Part shown: positions 17,133 to 27,240 of the stretch, piece after piece
How the letters are laid out: each line of letters begins with the position of its first letter
Numbering within the stretch: the first letter of the stretch is position 1
From: a virus
Lineage: Duplodnaviria > Caudoviricetes
Length of the DNA stretch: 54,410 bases
Reading direction: 5' to 3' (one strand)
Virus record (IMG/VR): IMGVR_UViG_3300038824_000003
Coordinates: 1 to 54,410 of that record
Position numbers and translations under genes: made by a program
The notes under the pieces: generated by a model
The model's input: the letters and a program-made list of their open reading frames with translations, nothing else
Told to the model about the DNA's origin: nothing
The model's database searches: none

Positions 17133-17166
17133 ACGGGTGTCATCTGCGGCTGACACCCGTTTTTTG
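17133..17166 (+). terminator. Intrinsic terminator
   Basis: ACGGGTGTCA-loop-TGACACCCGT followed by a T run. Confidence 0.7.
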
Positions 17167-17399
17167 GGCGTATATACGATTACTGCATATTTGTGACATT
17201 ATACGAAGTAATTATCATGGCGTAATCCTTGCTATAGTTGGCGTAGTATTGAGGGCGTGAGCAACCCGCGAGATACGTCACTTATGTCAGGAGGGCCGGA
17301 TGCTGGCATTTCCAATGCAATTCAAATTGCAATTGTACTTCTGTTCTGGTATATTATGTACTGACTTAAGTGCTAACGTAATTAGATGTGTAGGTATAG

Positions 17400-18044
17400 A
17401 TGGAATGGCGATGCCAGCGACAATTTGATTATGCAGCGTTCCGGGCCGCGTACACGGCGAAAAAGCGCCGGTCGGAATATGCGGCCCTGGAGGCTTTGCC
17501 AGCATGGGTCATGGCTAACAAGCGCGTCATGCGCGTCATGCGCCGGACGCGCCGGTTGATTGATGCCCGCTCGCTGACCGGGAGGTTGGGCACTGCCCGG
17601 CCTGATTATTCGCCGGTACAGGCAAAGCGTGCGAAATGGTGGAAGCGACCATCGCTGTGGGCCGATGACGCGCCAGCGCGGGCGGCCCACGATGGGCAGC
17701 GGTCGTTGACACGCCCGACCGAGGATGAAGCGTTGGAGAACGTATACGTGCGGGCTAAGGGCAGCATGCCGGTTAGCGAGATTAAGGTCATCACGGCAAA
17801 GAAGATTAAACAGCGTGCGCCGCGTGGCTGGCAGTATTGTGTTACGTGTCACCAGTACAAAGCCCCGGATGCGTTTGGTAGCGATCCGCGCAATACCAAT
17901 CGCGACGGTTTGCAATCGTACTGCCTGGCGTGTGAAGCGCAACGGAAGAAGGAAGCGCGGGCACGCAAGAAGAAACGACAGCAGCGCAAACAGAACGCGG
18001 CCCAAAGGGCGAGTGCCTACAGTCGGGTGACTGCCGGTGATTGA
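17400..18044 (+). CDS. Basic Zn-finger protein upstream of terminase
   Basis: CVTC...F...RDGLQSYCLAC; Arg/Lys-rich; start uncertain. Confidence 0.6.
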   Translation: MEWRCQRQFDYAAFRAAYTAKKRRSEYAALEALPAWVMANKRVMRVMRRTRRLIDARSLTGRLGTARPDYSPVQAKRAKWWKRPSLWADDAPARAAHDGQRSLTRPTEDEALENVYVRAKGSMPVSEIKVITAKKIKQRAPRGWQYCVTCHQYKAPDAFGSDPRNTNRDGLQSYCLACEAQRKKEARARKKKRQQRKQNAAQRASAYSRVTAGD

Positions 18045-18127
18045 GCGCGTCCTGTAATAAGGCTGTATTGTGATACAATAGAATTGACTGTTGGTATATC
18101 TGCGTCCTTAAGGGGCGTTTTTGATTT

Positions 18128-18628
18128 GTGCGGAAATACACTCAGGAAGAAAAGGCCGTCGCGGTCGAGATCGTTGACCGGCATGGCGAACTGAATAAAG
18201 CTGCACTGGATGATGCCCGCGCTGCGCTGGATGCCCCTACCTTAGCGAAAAGCACATTGCATAGCTGGTTGGAACCGAAAGCGGGCAAGCCGGTTCCGGC
18301 CAATCAAGCACAGTACCAATCCCGGCCTACGGTCGAGGATCGGGACCAGGCGTCAGTGGCGCTGTCTGATGCGTTTGAGGCGCTGGCGTTCCGGCTGGTC
18401 GAGAAGGCATCTCAGGACTCGGTTATCGCGGACATGAAGGGCAAGGACATGGTTATCGCTGCCGGTGTGGCGGTCGATAAGATGCGGCTCTTGAGAGGGC
18501 TGCCGACTGAGATTGTGGAGGTTTTGCCGCGAATCAAGGTCTTCTTTGAACGTGTTCGCGTAGCCGGTCATGACCCGGTACAGGTAATGGAACGGATTAT
18601 CGCCCGGCTGGATGATGGTTTCGATTGA
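18128..18628 (+). CDS. terS: Terminase small subunit
   Basis: N-terminal HTH (YTQEEKA...STLHSW), GVAVDKMRLLRGLPTEI, directly before TerL. Confidence 0.75.
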   Translation: MRKYTQEEKAVAVEIVDRHGELNKAALDDARAALDAPTLAKSTLHSWLEPKAGKPVPANQAQYQSRPTVEDRDQASVALSDAFEALAFRLVEKASQDSVIADMKGKDMVIAAGVAVDKMRLLRGLPTEIVEVLPRIKVFFERVRVAGHDPVQVMERIIARLDDGFD

Positions 18629-20048
18629 TGAGTTGGTCGATCTTGCGCTGGCAGATAGTTCCCGCCGGTTAGCTGCATATCGCACCGAAACCGGCATTGT
18701 GCGCTTTGTGCGCGATGTGCTCGGTGCAGAGCCAGCCGACTACCAAGAAGACATCCTGCGGATGTTGGTTCGGTACAAACGTGTTGCGGTGCGCGGGCCA
18801 CATGGCCTCGGTAAGACAGCTCTGGCCGCGTGGTTCACATTGTGGCTGATTGCGTGCTTTGAGCACGATACGAAAGTGCCCACAACGGCCAGTAAATGGC
18901 GTCAGTTAATTTACTTCCTATGGCCGGAGATTAAGAAATGGTCGCGCAATGCCAACTGGTCGGCCATTGGGATTGACCTCCGGTACGGTAAAGAGTTACT
19001 GGAACGGTCAATCAAGCTGCCGGATAAAGAGGCATTCGCGCTGGCGTCTGATGACCCATCAGCGATTGAAGGTGCTCATGCTACGACACTCGGTTATGTG
19101 TTTGATGAGGCCAAAGCAATCCCCTCTGACATCTGGGATGCGGCAGAAGGGGCATTTTCTGCTGCCGGTGATGATACCACCAGCGATGCCTATGCGCTGG
19201 CGATCAGCACTCCCGGCGAGACATCAGGGCGGTTTTATGAAATTCACCAGCGCAAGCCCGGCACGGAAGATTGGGCTGTCCGGCATGTAACCCTAGAAGA
19301 AGCGATTGCTGCCGGGCGCATATCGCGCCAGTGGGCAGAGCAGCGTAAACGCCAATGGGGTGAACAATCTGCCGTCTACAAGAATCGCGTGAAGGGCGAG
19401 TTCGATGACAGCGGCGAAACGAACGTCATTCCGCTGTCATGGGTTGAAGCGGCCAATGACCGCTGGCTGGATTGCAAAGGGATTGGTGAAGGCAAAACCA
19501 GCTATGGTGTTGATCCGGCGCGGTTCGGCATTGATCGTACCTGTATGGGGCGATTGGTGGGGTCTGTGCTGGAAGAGGTACGCTACTACGAAAAGCAGGA
19601 CACCATGCAAACGGTGGGCCGGGTGATTGCGTTTGTGCATGGGGATAAAGCCGTGCCCATCGGGGTTGATGTGATCGGGATTGGGGCCGGTGTTCACGAC
19701 CGGCTGAAAGAACAGCGTTACAAATCGATTGCTGTTAACGTGGCCCATAAGACCACTGCCACCGATGAATCCGGGGAAATCGGGTTTGTGAATATCCGCA
19801 GCGAAATTTGGTGGATGCTGCGAAAAGCTCTGGATCCATCCGGTGATATTCATCTGGCGTTGCCGCCGGATGATCTGCTAACCGGCGATCTGACGGCTCC
19901 TACTTACGAATACACCTCAGATGGAAAGATCAAGGTGGAAAGCAAAGACGATATTCGTGCCCGGATCGGGCGTTCAACTGATGCAGCCGATATGCTGGGG
20001 CTGGCTTATTACGCTGGCAATAAACCGCGTGGTTGGGTCATCCGGTGA
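18612..20048 (+). CDS. terL: Terminase large subunit
   Basis: Walker A GPHGLGKT, Walker B VFDEA, ISTP, nuclease GVDPARFGID and RSTDAAD. Confidence 0.93.
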   Translation: MMVSIDELVDLALADSSRRLAAYRTETGIVRFVRDVLGAEPADYQEDILRMLVRYKRVAVRGPHGLGKTALAAWFTLWLIACFEHDTKVPTTASKWRQLIYFLWPEIKKWSRNANWSAIGIDLRYGKELLERSIKLPDKEAFALASDDPSAIEGAHATTLGYVFDEAKAIPSDIWDAAEGAFSAAGDDTTSDAYALAISTPGETSGRFYEIHQRKPGTEDWAVRHVTLEEAIAAGRISRQWAEQRKRQWGEQSAVYKNRVKGEFDDSGETNVIPLSWVEAANDRWLDCKGIGEGKTSYGVDPARFGIDRTCMGRLVGSVLEEVRYYEKQDTMQTVGRVIAFVHGDKAVPIGVDVIGIGAGVHDRLKEQRYKSIAVNVAHKTTATDESGEIGFVNIRSEIWWMLRKALDPSGDIHLALPPDDLLTGDLTAPTYEYTSDGKIKVESKDDIRARIGRSTDAADMLGLAYYAGNKPRGWVIR

Positions 20049-22381
20049 TTGCTGCACAACGCAACAAACGCAATGACGGCATATTGGGCCGGGTGCGCGA
20101 CGCATGGCAGGTACTGACCGGCAGTTATGGCCGCTCGTCAGCCGGGTTATCGCGGGGGCAGTGGGTACGGCTGCGATCCGGCAGGCAGGTACTGCTGAAG
20201 GAAGGGCCTTACCAGTGGCCTGCGTGGCGTGAGACCACTCCGCAATGGCGGATGGTGGATTATGAAGCCTACTATCGCGATGGGTATGAGCGTAACAGCA
20301 TCATCTACAGCGCCATATCGTACAAAGCGCGATCGGCATCACAGGCGCTGCTAAAGGCGTTTGGTGGCGATTACGATAACCCGAAGCCGGTTGAGCGCGA
20401 TCATCCGCTGGCACAGTTGACGGCGCGGCCCAACCGCTGGCAATCCGGGCGGGAATTCCAGATGCTCCAGGTGGTGTATCTGAACCTGACCGGCAATGCG
20501 TTTACGTACCTGTACCGGCCTGCCGCCGGGGCGCTGCCAACGGAGATGTGGCCGCTGCGCCCAGATCGGGTGGTGATTGTGCCGGGCGATAAAGAGATTA
20601 AAGGCTACAAATACATCCCGGAGGGGAAGTCGATTTATGAGGGCTTCCCGATCATGCCGGAAGACATGATGCATGTGAAGCTACCCAACCCGTATGATCC
20701 GTTCGAGGGTCTGGGATACGGGTTATCGCCGCTGTCGCCGGGAGCGCAGTCCGGCGATGTGGACAATATGTTCACTGAGTTTCTCAATATGTTTTTCCGC
20801 AACGGGGCAGTGCTGCAAGGGGTACTGACGACCGAGCAGGAACTGTCCGACGAGGAAATAGCCGAAGCGCGTGACCGCTTCCAGGAAGTGTATGGGGGCT
20901 ACCAGCAGTGGTCAGATGTGGCGGTGCTGGGCAAGTCAGTCAAATACGAGCGGATCGGCATGACGTTCGATGAGATGGCCGCCAATGATCTGGACAATCG
21001 CAACGAGAGTCGGATCCTGGGGCCGTTCGGCGTGCCGCCGATTCTGATCGGGACACGCTTCGGGCTGGAACGGTCTACGTTCAACAACTACGGCGAAGCC
21101 CGGCGCATATTCTGGGAAGACACGATGACATTCGAGTTATCGCTGTTCCAGGATGAGTATCGTTACTTTCTCCAGGGCGATGACGGCACGTTCGTGGGGT
21201 GGGATTACAGCAATGTCCCGGCACTGCGTAAGGACATCCCGGCGCTGGTCGATGCGGCGCATAAGCTGTGGAGCATGGGCTATCCGGCCCGTGTCGCAAC
21301 GCAGACGGTGGGGCTGAAGGTTGAAGAAACCGATAATGATGAGCGGGCATATGTTCCGCTGAATATGGTTCCTGTGCCAGTGAAAGACGCGGAAGCGGAA
21401 ACTGCCGGAGAGGAACCGGAACCGCCTACCCCACAACCGGCGAGGGAAACGGACGACTCGTCTGATGCTGAGGGCAGCGGTGCAATTGAGGATGCGGAGA
21501 CTGATGACCAGACGCGCAGCGCGGAGCCGGTTACGGATAGCAAACAGAGCAGCTTCACACTGGAGCAGAAGCGGGCAATCTGGGAAACATTCGACCGGAT
21601 CGCGGAAAGCTGGGACAGCCGGTTTGGGGATGCAGCGGTTGATAGCCTGGAACATGACCGGCGCGAAGTGCAGGCGATTATCGCCGATGCTAAAAGCAAG
21701 GCGCTGGCGGCAAAAGCGACCGTGCAGTGGGCGCTGCTGATCGGCCCGATTGAGAATTACCTGTATGGGCCGGGCGCTGAGAAATGGCGCGAGAACTTCC
21801 GGCCCCTGATTGCCGGTCTTGTCATTGACCAGGGCAAATTCTGGGGCGAGCAACTAGGCCTCGATTTCGCTGCCGGGAATGTCGAAGGCGAGGAATGGTT
21901 TACTGAATACATCCTCAAATTCGCACAGGATGACATCCAGGTCACAACGCGCAACGGCATTCACGAGTTGTTGCAACTGGGCATGAATGACGGCTGGTCG
22001 ATTGACATTATGAGCGACCGGCTCGGAACGCTGTTTGACCAGTGGATGTATGGCAACAAAACCAGCGAGGATTTCGACTGGCTGGATGAGCGAATGCCGG
22101 TGTGGCGGCGCGAGTTGATCGCCCGCACCGAGACTGTCGCGGCGGCCAATTATGGCAGTGCCCAGTTATTTGAGCGCTGGGGTGTCACACAGAAAGAATG
22201 GCTGACGCAGATGGACGGCAGGCAACGTGAATCGCATGGGGCAGCCAATGGGCAAATCCGCGACATGGATCAGCCGTTTGAGGTTGGTGGCGAACCGATG
22301 GATCATCCCGGCGATAAAGCGGCCAGCATCGGCAATATTGCCAACTGCCGGTGTACGCTGCTGCCGGTGTTAGGGGGTTGA
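20045..22381 (+). CDS. HK97-type portal protein fused to a MuF minor head domain
   Basis: PN..QS..EF, LNLTGNAF, PLRPDRV, GLSPL and FGVPP (portal); acidic linker; IARTE...KEW...D.R.R.SH...NCRC (MuF). Confidence 0.9.
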   Translation: MIAAQRNKRNDGILGRVRDAWQVLTGSYGRSSAGLSRGQWVRLRSGRQVLLKEGPYQWPAWRETTPQWRMVDYEAYYRDGYERNSIIYSAISYKARSASQALLKAFGGDYDNPKPVERDHPLAQLTARPNRWQSGREFQMLQVVYLNLTGNAFTYLYRPAAGALPTEMWPLRPDRVVIVPGDKEIKGYKYIPEGKSIYEGFPIMPEDMMHVKLPNPYDPFEGLGYGLSPLSPGAQSGDVDNMFTEFLNMFFRNGAVLQGVLTTEQELSDEEIAEARDRFQEVYGGYQQWSDVAVLGKSVKYERIGMTFDEMAANDLDNRNESRILGPFGVPPILIGTRFGLERSTFNNYGEARRIFWEDTMTFELSLFQDEYRYFLQGDDGTFVGWDYSNVPALRKDIPALVDAAHKLWSMGYPARVATQTVGLKVEETDNDERAYVPLNMVPVPVKDAEAETAGEEPEPPTPQPARETDDSSDAEGSGAIEDAETDDQTRSAEPVTDSKQSSFTLEQKRAIWETFDRIAESWDSRFGDAAVDSLEHDRREVQAIIADAKSKALAAKATVQWALLIGPIENYLYGPGAEKWRENFRPLIAGLVIDQGKFWGEQLGLDFAAGNVEGEEWFTEYILKFAQDDIQVTTRNGIHELLQLGMNDGWSIDIMSDRLGTLFDQWMYGNKTSEDFDWLDERMPVWRRELIARTETVAAANYGSAQLFERWGVTQKEWLTQMDGRQRESHGAANGQIRDMDQPFEVGGEPMDHPGDKAASIGNIANCRCTLLPVLGG

Positions 22382-22382
22382 G

Positions 22383-22724
22383 GTGAGATTACGGCATTGT
22401 GTGTTGATGTTCATGAGCGTGCTGCTGGCGCTGCTGGCCTATGACGCGCTGTCGCAGGGCGAGTATCAGACTGTGCAGTTTACGCCGTATGAAGCGGCGA
22501 CGGTATATGCCCAGCCGGATCGCAGTTCCGGCGCTCTGCGGGTCATCCCGGCCCGCCAGTCCGTAACTGTTTATACGCCGTATGTGGGGGCCGTGATTAC
22601 ATCCGATGTGCCCCTGGATGGCGATGGACTGCTGTGGGGTGCGCTTAACCCAGAGCGCACTGAGTGGGTGGCCGTTGCGGTGCATGGGGTCTGCCCACGT
22701 GAGCGCCTGGGCGATATTGAGTGA
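22383..22724 (+). CDS. Small exported protein (SH3-like, tentative)
   Basis: N-terminal signal-like hydrophobic stretch; VYAQPDRSS motif. Confidence 0.5.
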   Translation: MRLRHCVLMFMSVLLALLAYDALSQGEYQTVQFTPYEAATVYAQPDRSSGALRVIPARQSVTVYTPYVGAVITSDVPLDGDGLLWGALNPERTEWVAVAVHGVCPRERLGDIE

Positions 22725-22918
22725 TGGTTATTCACTGTCCGAAGTGCGCCCATGCCATCCCCATTACGGGTGGTAGTATCCTGACGACCGCCCTGCCCTG
22801 CCCCAATTGCAAGGTAACATTGATCGTGCAGCGCGGGCCAATGCCGGATCATCTCAGTGTGACCTGGCAGCAGGATGACGAGCAGCCCGGCAAGCCGGGG
22901 CCGGACGAGTATAAGTAA
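22721..22918 (+). CDS. Small Zn-ribbon protein
   Basis: CPKC...CPNC; overlaps both neighbouring genes. Confidence 0.6.
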   Translation: MMVIHCPKCAHAIPITGGSILTTALPCPNCKVTLIVQRGPMPDHLSVTWQQDDEQPGKPGPDEYK

Positions 22919-24153
22919 TGCCCTGGACGGACGATAATCCACCACCCCCGGCAGAGAACTGGACAGAGGATGAGCGCCGGGCGTGCGCGGAAGCGGCTAA
23001 CGCGGTGCTGGATGAGGGCGGCAGTGAAGAAGATGCGATTTATGCCTGCATTGCCGCAGCAGGGAAAAGCGAGGAACCGATGAGCGACACGAAAGCGATT
23101 AAATCATTCCCGGTCTTCGTGCTGAAGGCTGATGGCAATACCGGCATCGTGGATGCGATTGTTGCGGTGATGGGCAATATCGATCATGGCAATGACATCA
23201 TCCACAATGGCTCATTCACCAAGACGATCACCGAGCGCGGGTTGAAAGTGCGCGTGCTGGACAATCACAACTCCTACAGCCTGATGAATGTGATTGGCAA
23301 GCCGGTCGAGATGCGCGAAGTCAGCAAAGCCCAATTACCGGCTGAACTGCTGGCGAAACACCCGGATGCGACCGGCGGGCTTTACACCAAGACTCAGTAT
23401 CTGCTCGATACCCCCGAAGGCATGGGGGCGTTTTTGCGGATCAAGTCGCGGGCGGTTGATGAGTATTCGATTGGCTTTCGGATCATCCGGGCCGATTGGG
23501 GCAAGGTCAAGCGCCGGGATGAGAACGGCGACGAGCGCGAGATTACCGTGCGGCATATCCGCGAGATCATGCTGTTTGAATATTCGCCGGTGATCTGGGC
23601 GATGAACGAAGCAACCACTACCGTCAGCGCGAAGAACCTGAAAGAGAATCTGCCTGCGCTGCAAGCCGAAAAGAAAGAGCGCAGCATGTCCGAGCAGGTT
23701 CGGATGGTGGTTGATGCGTTTGACATGCAGGGGTTTGATGGTATTGCGCCGATGCACAACTACTTTATCGTCAAAGAAGTTTTTGAAGATCGTATCTGTG
23801 TAAAGGCCCTGCGGGGGGTAGAAGTCCCCTATCCATATTATGAACTCGGCTATATCGAGGATGAAGAGGCAAACACCTATCGCTTTGACCCATTTGAAAT
23901 GTGGGTCGGCGGAGATTACCGATTTGTACCGGGCGAGAAGGGGCGCGATATTCACCTGACCGAAAAGCAGGTGAAAACAATCTTAGAACATCTCGTGAAA
24001 GACCTGATTACCGGCACACCTGCATCAGATGATGCACGTCGTGACAGCCAGCAAGATGAGACCGACGCCGCGCCGCCGGATGCCCCGGCACGCACCTCCG
24101 ATCATCGCAAGCGACTCTTGAAACTGATCGAACTTGAGCTTGAGGGAATCTAA
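22918..24153 (+). CDS. HK97-type prohead protease with N-terminal ChaB/YdaT-like extension
   Basis: GNIDHGNDII..GSF, LDNH, YSIGF and LFEYSPV.WAMN; extra MPWT...AANAVLDEG.SE..AI leader. Confidence 0.88.
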   Translation: MPWTDDNPPPPAENWTEDERRACAEAANAVLDEGGSEEDAIYACIAAAGKSEEPMSDTKAIKSFPVFVLKADGNTGIVDAIVAVMGNIDHGNDIIHNGSFTKTITERGLKVRVLDNHNSYSLMNVIGKPVEMREVSKAQLPAELLAKHPDATGGLYTKTQYLLDTPEGMGAFLRIKSRAVDEYSIGFRIIRADWGKVKRRDENGDEREITVRHIREIMLFEYSPVIWAMNEATTTVSAKNLKENLPALQAEKKERSMSEQVRMVVDAFDMQGFDGIAPMHNYFIVKEVFEDRICVKALRGVEVPYPYYELGYIEDEEANTYRFDPFEMWVGGDYRFVPGEKGRDIHLTEKQVKTILEHLVKDLITGTPASDDARRDSQQDETDAAPPDAPARTSDHRKRLLKLIELELEGI

Positions 24154-25487
24154 TGCAGACTGAAGCCAGTATGCTGCTAGAAAAAAGTACCAAGCTCTTC
24201 GAGGAAGCCAAGTCTATCTTGCAAAACCCGGAGAGTGGTGCAGAGGCGGTCGAGAAGGCCGACAAGATGGTCGAGGAAGCGAAGGGTCTGCGGACACGCG
24301 CTGCCAAACTTGACGAGATCAATCAGGAAGCGGACGAACTCACCAAGCAGCGCGAAGCAGAGCAGGATCGCAAGCGCCGCGAGGACGAGAGCAAAACCCG
24401 CACCGGCAGCGATGATGCGCCCAACATGGACTTCTCACAGTTCATCAAAGCGCTGGTGGTTGACCATCGCAGTAAGGGCCGGATCACCGATCCGCGCCTG
24501 AAGTCGTTCTTTGACCCGGAAGCGGAAAAGGCTCTCGATGGTGCGGGCCGCCAGTCCCAGAAAGACCTGGCGGAAGCGACCGGCGCAAGCGGTGGTTATC
24601 TGGTTCCGACCGAGGCCCTGAGCCAGATCATGGCGGTTGCGGCTCCGATGACGGTTGTGCGGCAGCGTGCGACCGTGATCCCGATGGGCCGCCGCCAGAT
24701 CACGATGCCGGTGCTGGATCAGACCGGCACAACGCAGGGTGATGCCAACTTCTTCGGTGGGATCGAGGTCTTCTGGCAGGAAGAAGCCAGCCAGAAGAGC
24801 AAGAGCGAACCGACGTGGCGTCAGGCTTCGCTGACCGCTCACGAACTGGTGGGCTATACCATCGCCAGCGATGCGCTGCTGGAAGATGCCGAAACCAGCC
24901 TCGCCGCGTGGCTGTCCGGCCCGCTGGGTTTCCCCGGCGCGATTGCCTGGGCAGAGGATTACGCCTTCCTGCGCGGGAATGGTGCGGGCCAGCCGCAGGG
25001 TGTGCTGAATGCCCCGGCTGCGCTAACGACTGCCCGCACGACTGCCGGTGACATCAAGTACGATGACCTGGTAGACATGGATGCGAAGTTCTACGGCATG
25101 AATCCCGTGTGGGTCGCCAGCCAGTCCGCGAAAAAGGAACTGATGCTGATGAACGGCCCCGACGGCAATCCGAGCTACCTGTGGGGCAATGCCACCCAGG
25201 GGGTTCCGCCCACGCTGTTGGGTTATCCGATCAAGTTCATCGACAAGCTGCCCGCGTTGGGCACTCGCGGCGACATCATGCTGTGCGACTTCACCTACTA
25301 CATGATCGGTGATCGCCGGGCCACGACGGTGGAGAGCAGCATCCATGCTAATTTCCGCAACAACCAGACGGCGTTCCGCGCTGTGCATCGCGTTGATGGG
25401 CAGCCCTGGCTATCTGCGCCAATCACGTACCAGGACGGCCAGACTCAGGTCAGTCCGTTTGTCGTATTGGGTGACGCAGCCAGCTAG
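24153..25487 (+). CDS. Major capsid protein, HK97 fold
   Basis: Coiled-coil delta domain, GGYLVP, EDYAFLRGNGAGQPQGVL, TLLGYP and FRAVHRVDG. Confidence 0.95.
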   Translation: MQTEASMLLEKSTKLFEEAKSILQNPESGAEAVEKADKMVEEAKGLRTRAAKLDEINQEADELTKQREAEQDRKRREDESKTRTGSDDAPNMDFSQFIKALVVDHRSKGRITDPRLKSFFDPEAEKALDGAGRQSQKDLAEATGASGGYLVPTEALSQIMAVAAPMTVVRQRATVIPMGRRQITMPVLDQTGTTQGDANFFGGIEVFWQEEASQKSKSEPTWRQASLTAHELVGYTIASDALLEDAETSLAAWLSGPLGFPGAIAWAEDYAFLRGNGAGQPQGVLNAPAALTTARTTAGDIKYDDLVDMDAKFYGMNPVWVASQSAKKELMLMNGPDGNPSYLWGNATQGVPPTLLGYPIKFIDKLPALGTRGDIMLCDFTYYMIGDRRATTVESSIHANFRNNQTAFRAVHRVDGQPWLSAPITYQDGQTQVSPFVVLGDAAS

Positions 25488-25512
25488 GCGCATCTGACAC
25501 AGTGAGATAACG

Positions 25513-25536
25513 CGGGCTGCCGGTGGTGGCCCGTTT
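25513..25536 (+). terminator. Putative terminator or attenuator after the capsid gene
   Basis: CGGGCTGCC-GGT-GGTGGCCCG-TTT. Confidence 0.45.
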
Positions 25537-25567
25537 CCATTTATCGTAAGCGAGTGAGGTACATCGC

Positions 25568-26008
25568 ATGTACACCAAACAATTCACCGAATGTCATAAG
25601 GTATTGGCGAAGCTGACCCCCGGCACGCGCAGCGCGGAGACCAATGTACCAGCATCGACCTGGATCGACCTGAAGAACTACAACCGCGTTGTGGTCATCA
25701 TCGAAGGCGGGACGGTCGCGACCACGCTGGACGCTGACATTGAAATCGCCACTGACGAAAGCGGCAGCGATCTACATACGCTGAAAAGCATCACGCAGTT
25801 GGGTGCGGACGATGATGACGTGATTGTAGCGGTCGAAATCCGCACTGAGGAACTCAGCAAACCGGCCAGCGCCAGTGGGCAGAACTACCGCTATATGCGG
25901 GTCGAAACCACGCCATCCGGCAATTGTGTCTACAGCGTGCTGGTGCTTGGGTTCGTAGCACGCTATGAACCGGTTGGTATCACTGAGTGGGAAGAGGTGG
26001 TTAGCTAA
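25568..26008 (+). CDS. Probable capsid decoration/cement protein
   Basis: Beta-rich, IDLKNYNRV...YRYMRV...ARYEP; located directly after the capsid gene. Confidence 0.6.
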   Translation: MYTKQFTECHKVLAKLTPGTRSAETNVPASTWIDLKNYNRVVVIIEGGTVATTLDADIEIATDESGSDLHTLKSITQLGADDDDVIVAVEIRTEELSKPASASGQNYRYMRVETTPSGNCVYSVLVLGFVARYEPVGITEWEEVVS

Positions 26009-26023
26009 CGCTAGCTGACGCAT

Positions 26024-26653
26024 ATGCCGGTGTGGGTGCAATTACGCAGCATGCAGCAACTGGAGATTGGCGGGAAGACGGAACGGTTCTTCCCTGGCGA
26101 TTGGGTCGAGGTCGGTAAGCAGACGGCCATGCAGTGGGTTGCAGCTGGGCATGCCTGGTTGCCACTCGACCGGCTGACCGATGATCGTGAGGCCATCGGG
26201 GTTGTGACGGTTGGCTATGGCATGAGCAAAGCAGAATCGGGGCGGCTGAAACCAATCCAGGTTGTGGAGTGCGAACAGCCCACGCTGGCATTTACAAAAA
26301 CTCTGTTGTTGGAACAGCCGGCGTATTTCCGGTCGGAGTTGATTCCTGTCGGGTTCAAGCTGCTCGATACCTGGGAAATAGCGATTCCGCTGTTGAGTTA
26401 TGATACGCTGGCTGCACAGTTGAGCACGCCAGCTGACAGGCGTAAAACGGAAGCGGTCATTCGTGACCTGCGCGTGCCGGTCTACAACTACCGGGCAATG
26501 TATGTCCGTGATTGTGAGGCGACCCAGAAGCTGCTCAGTGCCTGGGCTGAAGAGCGCACCGGTGGCAACGATTATCTGGCACTGCTGCGGGCAATCTATA
26601 AAGTGAAGCCCATCCTCTGCGCCCTGCCCCCCAACTGGTTGGAGGCGGCATGA
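26024..26653 (+). CDS. Degenerate GT-A-like protein with small N-terminal domain
   Basis: C-half parallels the downstream GTs (LLDTWEIAI, AW..E, DYLALLRAIY, LPPNW) but has no DxD motif. Confidence 0.55.
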   Translation: MPVWVQLRSMQQLEIGGKTERFFPGDWVEVGKQTAMQWVAAGHAWLPLDRLTDDREAIGVVTVGYGMSKAESGRLKPIQVVECEQPTLAFTKTLLLEQPAYFRSELIPVGFKLLDTWEIAIPLLSYDTLAAQLSTPADRRKTEAVIRDLRVPVYNYRAMYVRDCEATQKLLSAWAEERTGGNDYLALLRAIYKVKPILCALPPNWLEAA

Positions 26654-27240
26654 CGACCGGACGTGGGGTGTGCTACATCGCGATTGGCGATAATGCTGAG
26701 CGCGAAGCTGAACAGAGCATCCAGGGATTGCAGCGCTATAACGACCTGGAACATACAGTCAACACATTGACAGATGGTACGGGGCCGGTGCAGCGCAGCC
26801 GGTATCTGAAAACAACGCTGTATGACTGGTCGCCATACGAGCAGACATTGTATCTGGATGCCGATACCCGCGTGCGCGGTTCGGTGATGGGCCTGTTTGC
26901 GATGCTCGATGATGGTTGGGATATGGTGATTGCGCCATCGGTCAACCAGGGGGCGCGGCTACTGGCCCACGTCCGTGCGGAGGAGCGCGATCTGACGTAT
27001 GACGAGTTGGGCTACCGGCCTGTGCAGCTTCAGGGGGGCGTGCTGGCCTTCCGGCGCAATGAGCGCGTCGCAACCCTGTTTGAGGTCTGGCATCGCGAGT
27101 GGCTGCGCTTCCGGGATATGGATCAGGCCGCGCTGCTGCGCTCGCTGCGGCAAGTGCCGGTGCGGGTGTATCTGGTCGGACAGCCATTTAACAATGGTGC
27201 GGTTATCAATCACCACTTCGGGCAGGCGAGGACAAGCTGA
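26650..27240 (+). CDS. GT-A fold glycosyltransferase (GT8/nucleotide-diphospho-sugar transferase-like)
   Basis: SPYEQTLYLDAD, QGGVLAF, W..EW, DQAAL and HHFG. Confidence 0.85.
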   Translation: MTTGRGVCYIAIGDNAEREAEQSIQGLQRYNDLEHTVNTLTDGTGPVQRSRYLKTTLYDWSPYEQTLYLDADTRVRGSVMGLFAMLDDGWDMVIAPSVNQGARLLAHVRAEERDLTYDELGYRPVQLQGGVLAFRRNERVATLFEVWHREWLRFRDMDQAALLRSLRQVPVRVYLVGQPFNNGAVINHHFGQARTS

